Source of the DNA: Convolutriloba macropyga
Taxonomy: Eukaryota
Assembly: GCF_964194025.1 (NCBI RefSeq)
Contig: NC_134480.1
Coordinates: 19,964,001-20,028,000, forward strand
DNA length: 64,000 nt
Direction of reading: 5' to 3'
A model generated the notes under the pieces. The model saw nothing but the letters and a program-made list of their open reading frames with translations, was not told the DNA's origin and did not search any database. The translations under genes were made by a program, and so were the position numbers. This document shows positions 1 through 12,686 of this stretch, one piece after another. Each line of letters opens with the position of its first letter. Position 1 is the first letter of the stretch.

Positions 1-374
1 TTGTCATACTCGTCAAACACACACCAGAGATATTTAAGTTCTCTTTCCTCCTCAAAGACTCCCAATTGATTTTCATACATTGGTCTATAGGACAACTCAT
101 AATCACAGAATTGTGCAGGGACCGATCTGCTAAGTTCCATGTTGTCTGAGATTTGTAAAGTATAGTTTTCGAAGTGGTTCTTGTAGAAGTCTACAGTTGA
201 CTGTTTGTATCGAACAGAGACTTCAGGCAAATTCTGGATTGCAATAATGAAGACCAGAAGCTGCCTCGGAATTGAGAATGGAGGATCAGCTACCCAGCCG
301 AAGCACGTCTTCCTCTCCTTTATAATTGCTACATCATTGAAATCGGGGAAGAAGTGGGCCTTAAGGATTTTTGT
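1..374 (-). other. Uninterrupted 124-codon frame of unknown identity running off the window edge
   Basis: TKILKAHFFPDFNDVAIIKERKTCFGWVADPPFSIPRQLLVFII...LKYLWCVFDEYD contains no stop and has no resemblance to CSN4. Confidence 0.4.
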
Positions 375-1329
375 TCAGTTTCAGAGATTTGATATTCATT
401 ATTCCAGGCTTTTTTGGGTGAAGACGGTTGAACACCTAAAAGAACTGAAGTTACAGATATTCCAAAATCTTTCTCTCTGAAGAATTAATATGCTATTTGT
501 GAATGAGTACGATGATTATAATAGCCCTTCATTCGTTTCTTCTGGTCTGCTGTCATATTTTATAACAGAGGTGACTTACCTGGAACTGGAAATAGGAAGA
601 TGTAATAGAGATGAAGAATCTCCACTGAAAGGTTTATTACTGACAACTTAGGTTTGTAGGAAAAAGAGATTCAAATTGTCTCCGAAAAAGAATGAAAAAA
701 CTAACTACAGCTGTGTTGTTGAAGAGAAGGAAAATAAGCACAATGAGTTCAATTTTTGTTTGTACACTACAATAAAAATGACATCATTATTACGCAATAG
801 TGACGTAATTGTTACATTATTATGATTAAGACCTCGATCTCGATCACGTGAGCTGTGTATGCTTCGATAAAGTAAGAATAATATCGTAAATAGTAAGGAT
901 TATTTTTTGTTCACATGAGTTCAGTGACCCCATTCAATACCTAGGTATCCCTAATTGTAGCAATCATATGACGTAGCTGGAATAAATTTTGTTCCAAAGA
1001 GTTCAATGACCTTCTTACAAAAAATGAGATCACCTAATTGTTCGTAATTGAGAAGATAATAGGACGTAATTGTTAAATTACTATGATTGAACTCAAACAT
1101 TTAACGATTAATTCTGTACAATAGCAAATAATTCGTGACAAATTTGTGCTCATTAAACCTATATCGATCAACTGAGAAGATTCGGCCTTACAAAAGATGA
1201 TCTCAAATGCTGATGTTTTTAAGATGACTAAATAATTTGATTGTTAGTAAGAACTTAGAGAAATACAGATGATGCAAGGTTGTCTAATTTTTGATATATT
1301 TTTGATATATTTTAGATAAATATTTGATA

Positions 1330-1825
1330 AAATTTCGTTATTTTGGTTACAATTTGGGTATTTTTTGACAAGATTTTGCTACTTTGTGGTAAAAATGGGT
1401 ATTTCTGGCGAGATTTGTGTCTCTTTGTGTGGCAAGTATTGGGATATTTTTTGCTAGAACGGGGTTCCTTTCCGCAGGAATTAGGTATTTTTGGCAAAAA
1501 AAGTAGTATATTTTGGTAATAATTTGGAATTTTTGCTATGAATTGCGTAATTCTGGACTAGAAACAGATATTTTTGGGCTAGTATTTTCTTTTTTTTGGC
1601 AACAGTTTGATTTTTTTGGAAATATTTGAAAATTTTTGACAATAATTGGATATTTTGGATCAGGAATTGGGTGTTTTTCACCAAGACCTGGGCTCTGTTG
1701 GCAATAGTTGGGAATTTTTCACATTGGTTGAGTGTTTGTTTTTCAAGAATCTGGGATTTTTTGCCAATATTTGGGTTTTTCGGCAATAATTGGGTAATTT
1801 TTGGCAATAATTGGGTATTTTTTCT
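1330..1825. repeat. Degenerate ~21-bp minisatellite (TTTTGGCAATAATTGGGTAAT-like)
   Basis: Near-perfect units at 1779-1822 and progressively decayed units to the left. Confidence 0.65.
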
Positions 1826-1864
1826 AAAAACTTATACTTTACCAATGACTTATAAATTATGCCC

Positions 1865-2550
1865 TGTGCATTCTGCCTTAAAAATTACAATATAAAGCTG
1901 TACTGTAACACACAAATCCAAAAAAAATTGAGGTTTCAGTTTGCAGATTCTAAAACTTCGAAAAACAAAAAAACTTGTCCTCTTTTCACGATTTTTAAAT
2001 TGTATCCATTGAATTCTGCGTTAGAAATTACGCTATAAAGATGTACTGTAACACAAAATTCCAAAAAAAAAATAGTTCGAGGTTTCAGGTTTCAGAAGCT
2101 GAAACTTCGCAAAAACCCAAAAATTGTAACTTCTTAGGGTCAAAGAAATCACTATCAAATGCATTGTTTAAAAACAACATATAGAGAGATGATATAGCTT
2201 ACCAGTCTCGAAGAAAATTTTTTGTAGTTTGAGGTTTGAGAAACTAAAACTACAAAAAACCCAAAGCCGTAATCTACAATTGACCGTGAAATTACCACCA
2301 TTGAATTCCACTTCGAAAAATACCCTCTAAAGTTGTACTGTAACATAAATTTTCGACCAAAAAAAAATTTTAGTTTAAGGTTTCAGAATCTGAAACTGTG
2401 AAAAAACAAAAAAAAAATTCAGTGATGGTTTTCTGTGCTTTAGTATTTTTCATTGAAATCTGAGTTAAAAAATTTTAATCGATTATTTGAACATCAATAT
2501 CTGAAAAAATTTGTTCATGGTTTCGGGTTTTCGAAACTGAAACTACTGAG
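1865..2550. repeat. Diverged ~150-bp tandem units
   Basis: TAAAG.TGTACTGTAACA ... AGGTTTCAG ... TGAAACT recurs near 1892, 2036 and 2328, with a more diverged unit near 2453-2550. Confidence 0.55.
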
Positions 2551-3316
2551 AAATAAACCAGAAACTACGAAAAGAAACTGCCAAAAGGTCTTGCATACTT
2601 TCACATCATCAGGAGTGAAAAAAACTTTAAAAAAAGGAAATTTTCAAAAAAAATTTACAGAAGATTTTGTGAAAAATTTTCAATATATTGAAATTATTCG
2701 AAACAAAACTTCATTAATGATCAAAAACTAAAAAATTTCTTGATAATTGAAAAAGTTATGCGTAAATGAAGTGAATGAAAGAAAAAATTCTGCAGATATA
2801 TTTTATTAAGTAGATAAGATTAGCTGAAGTGCATTAGAGCGGAAAACTGGATGCATTTCCCTGGGGTAATTAAGATAATTACCCCTGGGTAATTACGATA
2901 AGATGACAGGTCTATTGTTCTCACTCTCTTTTTTAGGTACATCTTTGGATAATTGATGAAAATAGGCTATAGGTAATCTTTATACATAGGTACGTCCTTT
3001 TACCCCCCCCCCCCACTCTTGCTTACATATAACTACTAAATTCTTTTCCTGCTATCTAGACTATTGCATCTCGTTGTATGTTATGCGCAAAACAAAATCA
3101 GAAATGTGCTTGCAAAGTTCCAATAATTTCCATTACAATACAACTACACCGCCCTAAAGGTTGACCAAAAAGAGCTTCACAAATGGAGGAAATTTGAAAG
3201 AACATTGAGGAGTAAAGAAAACTCCACCGCGAAATAATAAGGGCTCCGTAAAATTTCGTGGACCAAAAATGTCTGCAATTTTCTATTCACATTGATCAAA
3301 TTCGTGTAACAAGTAC

Positions 3317-3571
3317 CTTGTAATGAATTTTCAAAATCTTTCAAATCATCGCCTCTTTTGATAATCCTTTCCAAATACATTTTCTCCAAAATTGGGAATG
3401 ATGCCACTTGCTGGCTTCTTTCATCTTTATACAGAGTGGCCAAGATACGTGATCGCTGCTGACCCGCACCAGCTAGAATTGCACATGCAATGGCCATCTT
3501 GAGGGCTTCGATTCTCTCCGATGGGTCCACGATTGTTTTGAAAGAAATCTCGATATAACGTTGGGCAGCAT
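3317..3571 (-). CDS. COPS4: COP9 signalosome subunit 4, exon 4 (gene continues beyond the left edge of the window)
   Basis: Acceptor ttttag|[22 protein letters not shown]...[20 protein letters not shown]...[11 protein letters not shown]. Donor CAAG|GTACTT. The expected next exon (HQKATTADG..., rest of the PCI domain) was not found in 1-3316. Confidence 0.95.
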
Positions 3572-4141
3572 CTAAAACGGTCAGAAAGCCTGAAACTGTT
3601 CAAAGCTAGTCAGGACCAATATTTCTCTAACGATCTCGGTCATTTAACAGAATGGCCTAAAACTAATCCATTGTAGTGCTTACTGTTAATCTTGAGTTCA
3701 ATCCATTCAAGCAATTATCGACCAGATACATGAACAAAAAAGCCATTCTGATGAACACATAGATATTGATTCCAATGCCTCGAGCAAAAACAACTTACAG
3801 AGTGGTCAAAACTGGGCTTAATTCAATAAGATCTGAGTGCCAATGTGTGGCATCCGCATGAGCTGGTGGATTACTGGATTGTTAATTTCGAACAGAACGG
3901 GGCACGGGAGAAAACGTTCTGATTTGTACAAAGTTAAATTTTAAGTTATCTATTGATGCCATATGGTCACAACTGAAGGGTAGTGCGGTGGTGGCAAGAG
4001 TGATTTTATAAACGCTTACTGCACTATTTCTCATTTTCTGCAATTATCAGCCACTCGAAAGCTCTAAGCTTCATACAATGTTTCCAAAAAGGCTATTTTT
4101 TCAATAGGCAAATATACCCATGATTAGAAAACGTAGCTCAC

Positions 4142-4364
4142 CTACAAATTTACGTCGATAGTCTTGCACCCTCGCATAGCACACTTTGTAAAGAATATTT
4201 AGCTTTTCGTTTTTCACATCATGGCACAAAAGTCCACTTCTGTTGATGTATGACTCTGCTTCGACTGGGTCATCGTCCTCTAAGTAGAGTCTCGCTATCT
4301 TCAAATAAGTCTCCATTTTGTATTCTGATGTGTACTTCTTCTGACCATCAAACTTAATGCCAAC
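4142..4364 (-). CDS. COPS4: COP9 signalosome subunit 4, exon 3
   Basis: Acceptor ttttcag|[45 protein letters not shown]...[16 protein letters not shown]. Donor G|GTGAGC, phase 1. Confidence 0.96.
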
Positions 4365-6931
4365 CTGAAAAAGAAAAAAAAATCAAGATTACACTGATAC
4401 TATCATCGGTTCCTTTCGCTTTCTTGAAATTTGGTGGATCAAATTAGGAATTGTATGTTTCATTATCAGAAAATTGTAAACATTTTGGATAAGTTTTGTA
4501 CAATTTTTGGAATTAGGAATTGCAAGATTTGGTTGGTGTGAAATTTGATCAAAGAATTTTACAAAAATCCCTTGATTAACTGGGAGAATCTTTGCTCAAA
4601 TTTCTGGTATTCTTCATGTCTTTGAGTGAGCTGAATGTCTTTGTTTCAGAAAGCACAGCACAGGTTAGAAGACAAGATAAAGATGACATTTTTGCTAAAA
4701 AGCAAAAATTAATACATTATTAAAAAAGTTGTTTTGTATTTTTCACGTGGGAGCATCAAGTGTAAAAGTTAATGTATATTTAAACAATTCAATTTCAAAG
4801 ATGACAAAAAAAACTTATATTTTGAAAATTCAGAATAAGTGATAATTCCACTTTAGAAAAATGCAAAACAACCAAAAACCAATAAGTGAAAAAAGCAAAC
4901 AAGGTCAAAAATAAAAATTTCTCCAAAATTTTACGAAATAAAACAGCCTCAATTCATATCCACGATTAGCTAACAACTGAAAACAAAATAAATTCACAGA
5001 TCATTTACATGAAGACCTAATTAAGGGCAAGATAACAAACATAACCGACTAACGTCGAAGAATTGCTTTCGAAAGTCTAGTGGGAGCTAAATCTATTGCA
5101 GCCTGCCTCAGTGGGGGGGGGGGGAGGGGGCCATACCACAATAAACACTAACAAAGTTAAGTGAAAAAAGGGCGATTTTGGCGAACTTTTTATTTAGCTC
5201 TAGTGAACTATCGCCACTTGACTTCAGCTGCTGACATATGTGAATGAAGGAGAAACTTAAATCACGCAGAACGGTCAAAGGGAAAAACGGTCTTCGTTCG
5301 AGAACAAATAAAAATAGCAAGCTGTCAGAATTCGTAAAATATTTGGAAAAACCAGAAATTTCACAAGCAAGAAAATAATTAGCTATCAACTAAAAACACC
5401 AACAGGTTTATTATACGCCTCTACATTAATAAAGAATTAGGAGATCTTTCATTACTCACTGCGACAAAACTACAGAAAAAAAACTTTTCAAAAGTCAGTG
5501 TTCAAAAAACTTTTACGAAAATAAAAGGTTTTAAAGTAAGCAATATCGAAAACTATTCACCGAAAAACATTCATGTAGATTAAATCAGACTATGCTAGAA
5601 CTTCAATGTGAACTGCTAGCATTGAGACTCAGTAACAATACAACAAAGAACTGAAAACGGGCAAAATTCACAGATTGTTATGAAAACAGAGTCAAGATCA
5701 TTAGTTCTCAACATATCAATTCAGAAAAAATTATTTACACACCCTTACAAACATGCACTTCCGTTAATAGACTATGCCTGAGTTAATAGTTTATCAAGTG
5801 TGAAAATAATTGCCTCTTAAAACTAATATTTTTTGTGACTAAGTTTTGTGAAGTGGCGGATCTTTGCGGAAGTTTTGTATTGCGTTGGTAAGCCATGTCA
5901 GCATTGAGAATTAATTAAGTGTGCTATTTATGGCTAACATCAGGCATTAGCTGGACAAGTTTCAAAAACGTTTATATTTTTTTGCTTATCATTGCTAACC
6001 GATACGGTGACCCCCGTTTTTTATGTAAGCGTGAACTCTTGGAAACTATTAATGCGAAAAAATGCGATAAAACTTGGGAAAAATTGCTACCGTCCTTTTG
6101 CATCTATTCCACTAGTGCATGCCTCGATAAAAATGTTATCCAGGCTTAAGGATTGTTGTGTTTGCAAAAAATTTATAAGTTCGTTTTTAAAATTTCAATT
6201 TTATTAAAATTTAATGAAAATTTCAAATTTATTGCGGCGCCAGGTATTTCGAATTAATCGTTAGTTGTCAATAAGGACGTAGCTTCACTTCGTTTCGGGG
6301 CCCTTAAAACTTTTAAAATTCACAATTTTTTCTGGATTGAAAAATGACCAATAGCGACTACAATGATCAATACGAACACAGCATTCTTATTCAACGCAGT
6401 TTTCTTAAATCGAACCTAAAAAGCAAGCACATTAAACTACGAACTATTGAGCTTTTGAACGGTTAAAAAGAGGCTGAAATTTTAGTCAAATCATTAAACA
6501 CGAGCGTAAAAATGAGCAACGTAATGTGAATAATAAACATAACCAACTAACGTCGGTAAATGACTCTCAGGCAACTGGCGAGAGGTTGGCTTCGTCAGTA
6601 TCTAGCTGCAGCTTATGGAAGCTCACTTTAACTTAATTGAGGAGGGTGGTTTGAGCGGGGGGGGGGGACCTGGTTAATGATTCCTTAACAGATAGCGATA
6701 ATGGATAATTTTCGGGTGATAAATGACAGTTTTTCAGGTACTCCTTTTTAAACAGATACAAAAATAACGTACACCTATTACCAAAAGTAATTTAAACGAA
6801 AACTAACTTAGTTTTTTTTTCAAATAGTCTAAAAATATTGTTAACTTCGCAACCAATATTAGGTTACAAAAAGAACCTAGAAAAAAACTATTCAAATAGT
6901 GCATTTTTCAACCATAAGTAACTGCACTAAC

Positions 6932-7103
6932 GAGGATGCTTGCAGCTTGCCTCCAATTGTGTTCCTTTTCGTAAATAGATGCCAAGTGTTGTCGCAATGA
7001 GGCAACTTGATCCTCGAAGGATAGAACTCTGGGCTGCATCTTCTCAAGAGCATACAGTCCAACACTTTTCACAATTAATACGTTATCCACGGCCTGCAGA
7101 CAG
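6932..7103 (-). CDS. COPS4: COP9 signalosome subunit 4, exon 2
   Basis: Acceptor ttgcag|C keeps phase 2. [39 protein letters not shown] matches human [29 protein letters not shown]. Donor CTC|GTTAGT. Confidence 0.95.
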
Positions 7104-10069
7104 CTGCAACATCAAATACAGGTATGAACAAGGCTAGCTTGAATCTGTGTGAGGTACAAGTCCGAATATCACATTTTACACAGTTTAAAATTAAACAGAA
7201 CCTAGTTACACATCAAAACACAGCAATATGTTCTTAGTCATAAGGGCGAAAAAAATCTGTTTAAACATCAGCAAACACAACTTTTATGAAGCTGATTAAT
7301 TTTGATAAGCACACTTATTTTATTGAACATAGCCGCCAGACTGCAAGATAATGGACGCACTATAGACCGTTCAGATCAGACAATAGGTTCAAAAATGAGA
7401 TTGAATTCAAATTCTATCGAAATCCAAGCACTGATGTCTTTCAAGCAATATAGCGTTGCAATTATCTGGTTTGAATAACCTCCATTAAAACAGCACATCA
7501 TAAAACTTTACAACAAATATAAAGTTATAGAATACCTTATAGCAGTACTAATGGCTGAAAAAGAGACAAGAACAACAATCAAAGGCAAGATTCAGAAAAA
7601 AAAACAATTCGAAAAAATGCTATCCCAGTAAATGAAAACGTCAGCTAAAAGTTGGGGCCCATAAATTGTCCAAAATTACGCGGCAGAAAAGGCCGATAAG
7701 AACTGTAATATGCTGAGATCAAGCATTAAGACCACAAAAAACGCAAAGAAGCAAGACAGACAACAGACAGAAAATTAAACTAATTTCCAATATTTTTTTA
7801 CAAATAAAAGTCCAAGAAAGCAACAACTATTGTTTCAATCAATTATTTCGACTAACTGAATCCTCATTAGCAAATAAACTTTTTATAGATGAGAATAGGT
7901 TATGAGACAGCAATAAGTACAAAAAATACAAGAAAAACTCAAAACGAACCAGTCATAAAAAGCGTTATCTGAAAGCGCACGAGATAGCAAGCAATAGCTC
8001 AACTGAAACACCGAAACAATATATTCGGTTCATCATTAAATAAAACTAAAAGATGGCAACAACAGAAATTCTCAAAACTGAAATCAATTACTTTCAAAGT
8101 AAAAAGTATTATTGGCTTTGAATTGAAACAATACATAAAATAGCTCAAAGAAATCCTCAACTGCAACCTTTCACAACTGTCCCTAATGAGATTAAACGAT
8201 AAAACAACAAAAAGTTCTCAATTCTCGCCAACATTAAACATTTTTGAGAACAAAGTGTCAAAATCATGAAAACCATTACCCATGAACTCAGAAGAAATCA
8301 TGAAAACTATTAACCAATGAGACCTGTCTCTCCCCCCCCCCCCGCAGCGTAGTGAGCATAAAAAGTTTCCCGCCATACCTGCGAACGTGCTATTTTTTAA
8401 ATATGCAAGTGGGGGACATAAAAACAAGGACAGAATAGATTTCAAAATTACAGGCGCTGGTCTAATACAATAGAAGTTTACAATAGAGAGGCGCATGCAA
8501 ATAGCACATTAAAATGCAAAAAGACACTTAAGCAAAGTCGGTTGCACCTGCCCAAAATTTAACCAGGGAATTGAGATAAAAGCAGTGAATCCTATTTTTC
8601 GCGCTATGTAGAATTATTCTAGCACGACTTAGGTATTTATTTTTCGTAATGAGCGTAACTCTTTTCAACCGAATGAATCTAGAATCGGCCGTTACTGTAC
8701 CTATAACCCGCAATGTTACCTATTTTAATGAGCGCGTTTGAGCATGAAAAATTCGTTTAAGCTTTATTAATAAGGCATAAAAATATGGTCTCTAATTCTC
8801 CAAAATCAATCAGACTCAATAGATGTACTTTAGGTAAAAAAATCACACATATTACTGTTTTTTCTAACTTATTTCAGTTATTGAGTGGCTTCAAATTCAA
8901 ATAAACAATTTTTTTTCAATTGAGTTGATTCAATATTTCTTTACGTTTATTTACTTATTTACAGGTGTCTATTGACATATGAACACCAAGATAAAAGAGA
9001 TTTTTCAAAAAAATACGTCTGAAATGATTACTGCTTTTCGTGTTTGTTTCAAGCAGTGAGTCATTTCCAAAAGAATTAAGATAATCAAACTATTCAATTG
9101 AGTTGTTTCGATAATTCATCTATTTACAGGTGTCTATTGGCAGGTATCTGTTAACAGGTGTCTAGTGACAGCTTTTGTCTCAACTAAATAAATTTTTACT
9201 GATTTATTGAATAATCTCAATTGAAATGAACACTCATTAGTTGATAAAAGCAAGAGAAAAAACAGTAGAACTAAGCAAGCAAGAGAGTTGAAAATAATTT
9301 GATTTTTTACATTCATCCTTAGCGACTACTGACACGTTGACACTTTTGAATACATTAAAGAACGAGAATTTACCACGAAAAAGGCTATGAAGTTATTTTT
9401 ATAGAAAATTTAGATAATTACGATGTTGGGGGATTTTTCGGAATCCATAATAAAATCAACACTTCGCTCTTTTGAACGGGCCAAAACGAAAAAAATGAGT
9501 GTCCAAAATGAGAAAAACCGTGTCCAAAATGACAATTCAATTGATTATTAATATTTGCCGAATTCATTGGAAATTACTTACTTGAAAAACAAAAAAGTAA
9601 TCATCTCATGTGTGATTTTATACCAATTGAATTCGGCAAAAACAAACGCAAGGAAAAACAGTAATGAACGCTAGTAATAAGATAATGAGATCTCAAATTT
9701 AATTGCACGCCTTAAATGATATAAGCATAAAAAAAGGTAATCAGTTCGGCGCTTTCCAAAAAATCCCTCTACTGAGTATTACTGATAATCGACGATTAAG
9801 GAGACGTTTACTAATGCTATGTTTATTGATGAAATAGCCAAATCAACCACAGAGCACAAAAGAGTTTTATCCACCCAATTCAAATAGTTCTAAATGGCGC
9901 CAACCTAAAAACTTCGCAAGGATGTCCGATATTGATAAACTTAATTTTGTTGCCGCTGGTTTAATGCACATCATAATTTTTGGGTGCATGCTTCGTTTAT
10001 CTTGGACATCCCACAGACGAGTGTCATTATGGTCTGGGACCTCAACTGGTGCAACATTGCTCAACTCAC

Positions 10070-10293
10070 TTGACTAGTTCACTCAGCTGTTGCCGTGACG
10101 TCACCACACTCATGTCCTCGTTGACCAGAATATCAACCAGAGCACACAGAGAAGTCTCAATGTCATCGTGACTGGTCAATTTAAGAATCTCCGGCCAGAT
10201 TCCTTTGAATTTGTCAGCCAGCTGGGTCTGGTTCGTGGTCTGGCGACTGGACAAAGCACCAATTTCTGCTTGGATGTCCGATAGAGTCGGCAT
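10070..10293 (-). CDS. COPS4: COP9 signalosome subunit 4, coding exon 1
   Basis: MPTLSDIQAEIG...LVDILVNEDMSVVTSRQQLSELV matches the CSN4 N-terminus (human VEAMVNENVSLVISRQLL). Donor AA|GTGAGT, phase 2. Confidence 0.9.
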
Positions 10294-10738
10294 CGTTGGC
10301 TAATGCTCCAAAGTGCGAGCAAAGAATCGAACAAATAATCTGAAGATGAAGTTGATCACGAGCAACCAATTGAACATAACCGACTAACGTCGTGCGAATT
10401 GCTCTCAAACGAACGGCGAGCGGTTGGCTTTGATAGCAGCCAGCTGGGCCTTATGAATGCTAGCTTTGGGAGGGGGTGACTTGAGAGGGCTGCGCGAGAG
10501 GGGGGTTCAAATCGACAGGTGGAGGAGTGGACAACACTACCCTTCACACCATGAAATTGTCGCCTCAAAAGTTTTGCGGCATCGCATAATTAGAGACTAC
10601 TAATACGTAAGACTCTAAGACTTTACTTAGTCACTCAATGCCCTCCGGACTTTCAACAGTTTGTCCTGTTTTTAAGGACGAAGAGTAGAAAGGGTCAGAC
10701 AGACGAAAAACGACATGACGCAGATACAAAAATGATAA

Positions 10739-11630
10739 CATATCTGGTAGATTGCCAGAAAATAGCCACAATAGCTTTGTAGATCTGCAGTCTCAAAAAA
10801 CAGTACAAAAGACAGACCAAAAATTTCATCTTTTCATTGAAGGCTGATATGTTATATTTTGATTAAAAATCTGTATACGTTTTTGCTGCTTCTATTAGCT
10901 GCTCTCTAGTAACCTTCATTTAGAGTGACATGCACCCATTTGACCTTATCTCTTTGAATTAAAGTAAATAAAATCAATTTCAAAGTGAGGAAGTCATTTT
11001 TGTGAGTGAGGTAAGTCAAGTGTGACCAAACATTCAATCACGCAAATGAACAAAAAAAAACTCGCTCCACTAAGAGCGAAAAATGACGTCAGGCACGCAC
11101 TTCAGTTGAAATTGCATGATAGAATGAACAAAAAGCAGATTTCAAGTGGTTGTGACGTCATATGGTCGTAACAAAAAAACGAGACGACGAAATAAAAAAA
11201 CATAGCATGACAAGTACTGTCGTAAAATTCAACGAATATTCATTGACTAAACAGAAAACTGGACCTAGAACCGACTATGAATGGATTTGGAAGACCATTT
11301 AGAAAAAAAGAATCCGATCCAAAAAATCGAAAACAGCAAAAATCAAAGTGAAATTGCCGCATGTGAACAAAAAACCACGAGCGAGAAAGCGAATTTTTGT
11401 TCAAACACCGTTTTTTCACTCTAGTTTAAATTTAGAGCAAAAAAATTTCACGCCGCAAAACCACTCGCTTTTTCGCTCCACTTCCTTTTTCGGCGTGACC
11501 AAAATCACTACTCCAATTTGACTTCAAAATCATGAAAATGTGTGAACAGATCTTAAAAAAAATAGCGCCTCAATACAATTCAAATTCTTTGAATTATAAA
11601 AAACCAAGAGAAGGCCAATAATAGGCTATT
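10739..11630 (-). mobile_element. Diverged HINE family A with nested family D (11201-11598)
   Basis: CATATCTGGTAGATTGCCAGAAAATAGCC ... AGGCTATT|aa, plus the D core GAAATTGCCGCATGTGAACAAAAAACCAC...GTGTGAACAGATCTT. Confidence 0.7.
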
Positions 11631-12109
11631 AAAAATCTCTCAACTGGGACTGACTTTGCAGTGTGAACATTCGAGATTTAATGTTATTACATTCAAGATC
11701 TTAACTCATAGATCAAGTTTGTTAATTATTTTTAGATTATATTTACAATTGTGTCGATATTGCTTCGGGACTATTTTGACTGGGACCATTTTGTCTGCTT
11801 TTATTGGACTAATTCATCTGGGACTGTTTTTTTCCGGACACGGATTCGCCTCTCGATCTGAACACACGGTTTATACTTGTTGTTGACAATAGAGAAGTGG
11901 GTAGCGACAAAAACATTTTCTGAAAACTGTCCCATTTTATAACATTCTGAACTATTTACAACATTTAGTTTCATTAGAAGCCAGTTTGATGTTTTTAGTT
12001 AGCACCGTTCACTGCTGAGAGCAAAATTCCAAACTCCGAACTCCTCATGTTCAACCCAGGGCCAGCTGGACGCCAAAAAATCCACAAGGAATGCACTCTT
12101 CATCTGCCC

Positions 12110-12183
12110 TCAGTTACGCTTCATAATCTTCTTGATGTGCTTTCCGGGTACTATTACAAGACCCACTTGACGCGATTCCTCCT
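12110..12183 (-). CDS. NAA38: NAA38/LSMD1 exon 2 (not in the ORF track); 96-aa protein overall
   Basis: Acceptor tttttcag|AG, phase 1. EEESRQVGLVIVPGKHIKKIMKRN* carries the Sm2 motif (human RVLGLAMVPGHHI). Confidence 0.88.
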
Positions 12184-12686
12184 CTGAAAAATAAACCAAG
12201 AGTAAACCTTAAACCATCAATCAGGCACAAAAACTCCAACATAATTCTGCTTGGAGCAGTCTTCATGTCATAGATGTAGACGTAAGTCTAACACTTTAAA
12301 AGTTAAAAGTTCTTAGAAGCGTTATTCAATATTAGAGGAAACAATCCCCAACCAGTTATACTATTGAATGTTATTTTTCACACTAGTATAATGGTATTTC
12401 AATTGTAATGGCTCTATGCGCCTATCATTAGGGTACATATACAATAATAAAAGCAAATTACACATGAAGATAAAATGCTGAAAAATTGAGTTAACTGTGA
12501 TACTTAAAAAATCAAGAACAATTTTACCTCTGTTGGCTGCGTTTAATCAAAACCCCATAGTTGAAATAATTATACATTTCGTTTCTACGTCCAGTTGTGG
12601 TGATCAAGTACTATCAATGTGTGATTTTACAAAACTGTCAAAAGAGATCAAGTAACCTCTAATTGGGCCTCCAAGAAGCTGGCCTT

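Noticed and set aside
12000-12112. UGA readthrough or selenocysteine in NAA38 (frame stays open about 36 codons after TGA)
   Set aside because: The Sm fold is complete before the stop, no SECIS was recognised, and the extension length is compatible with chance.
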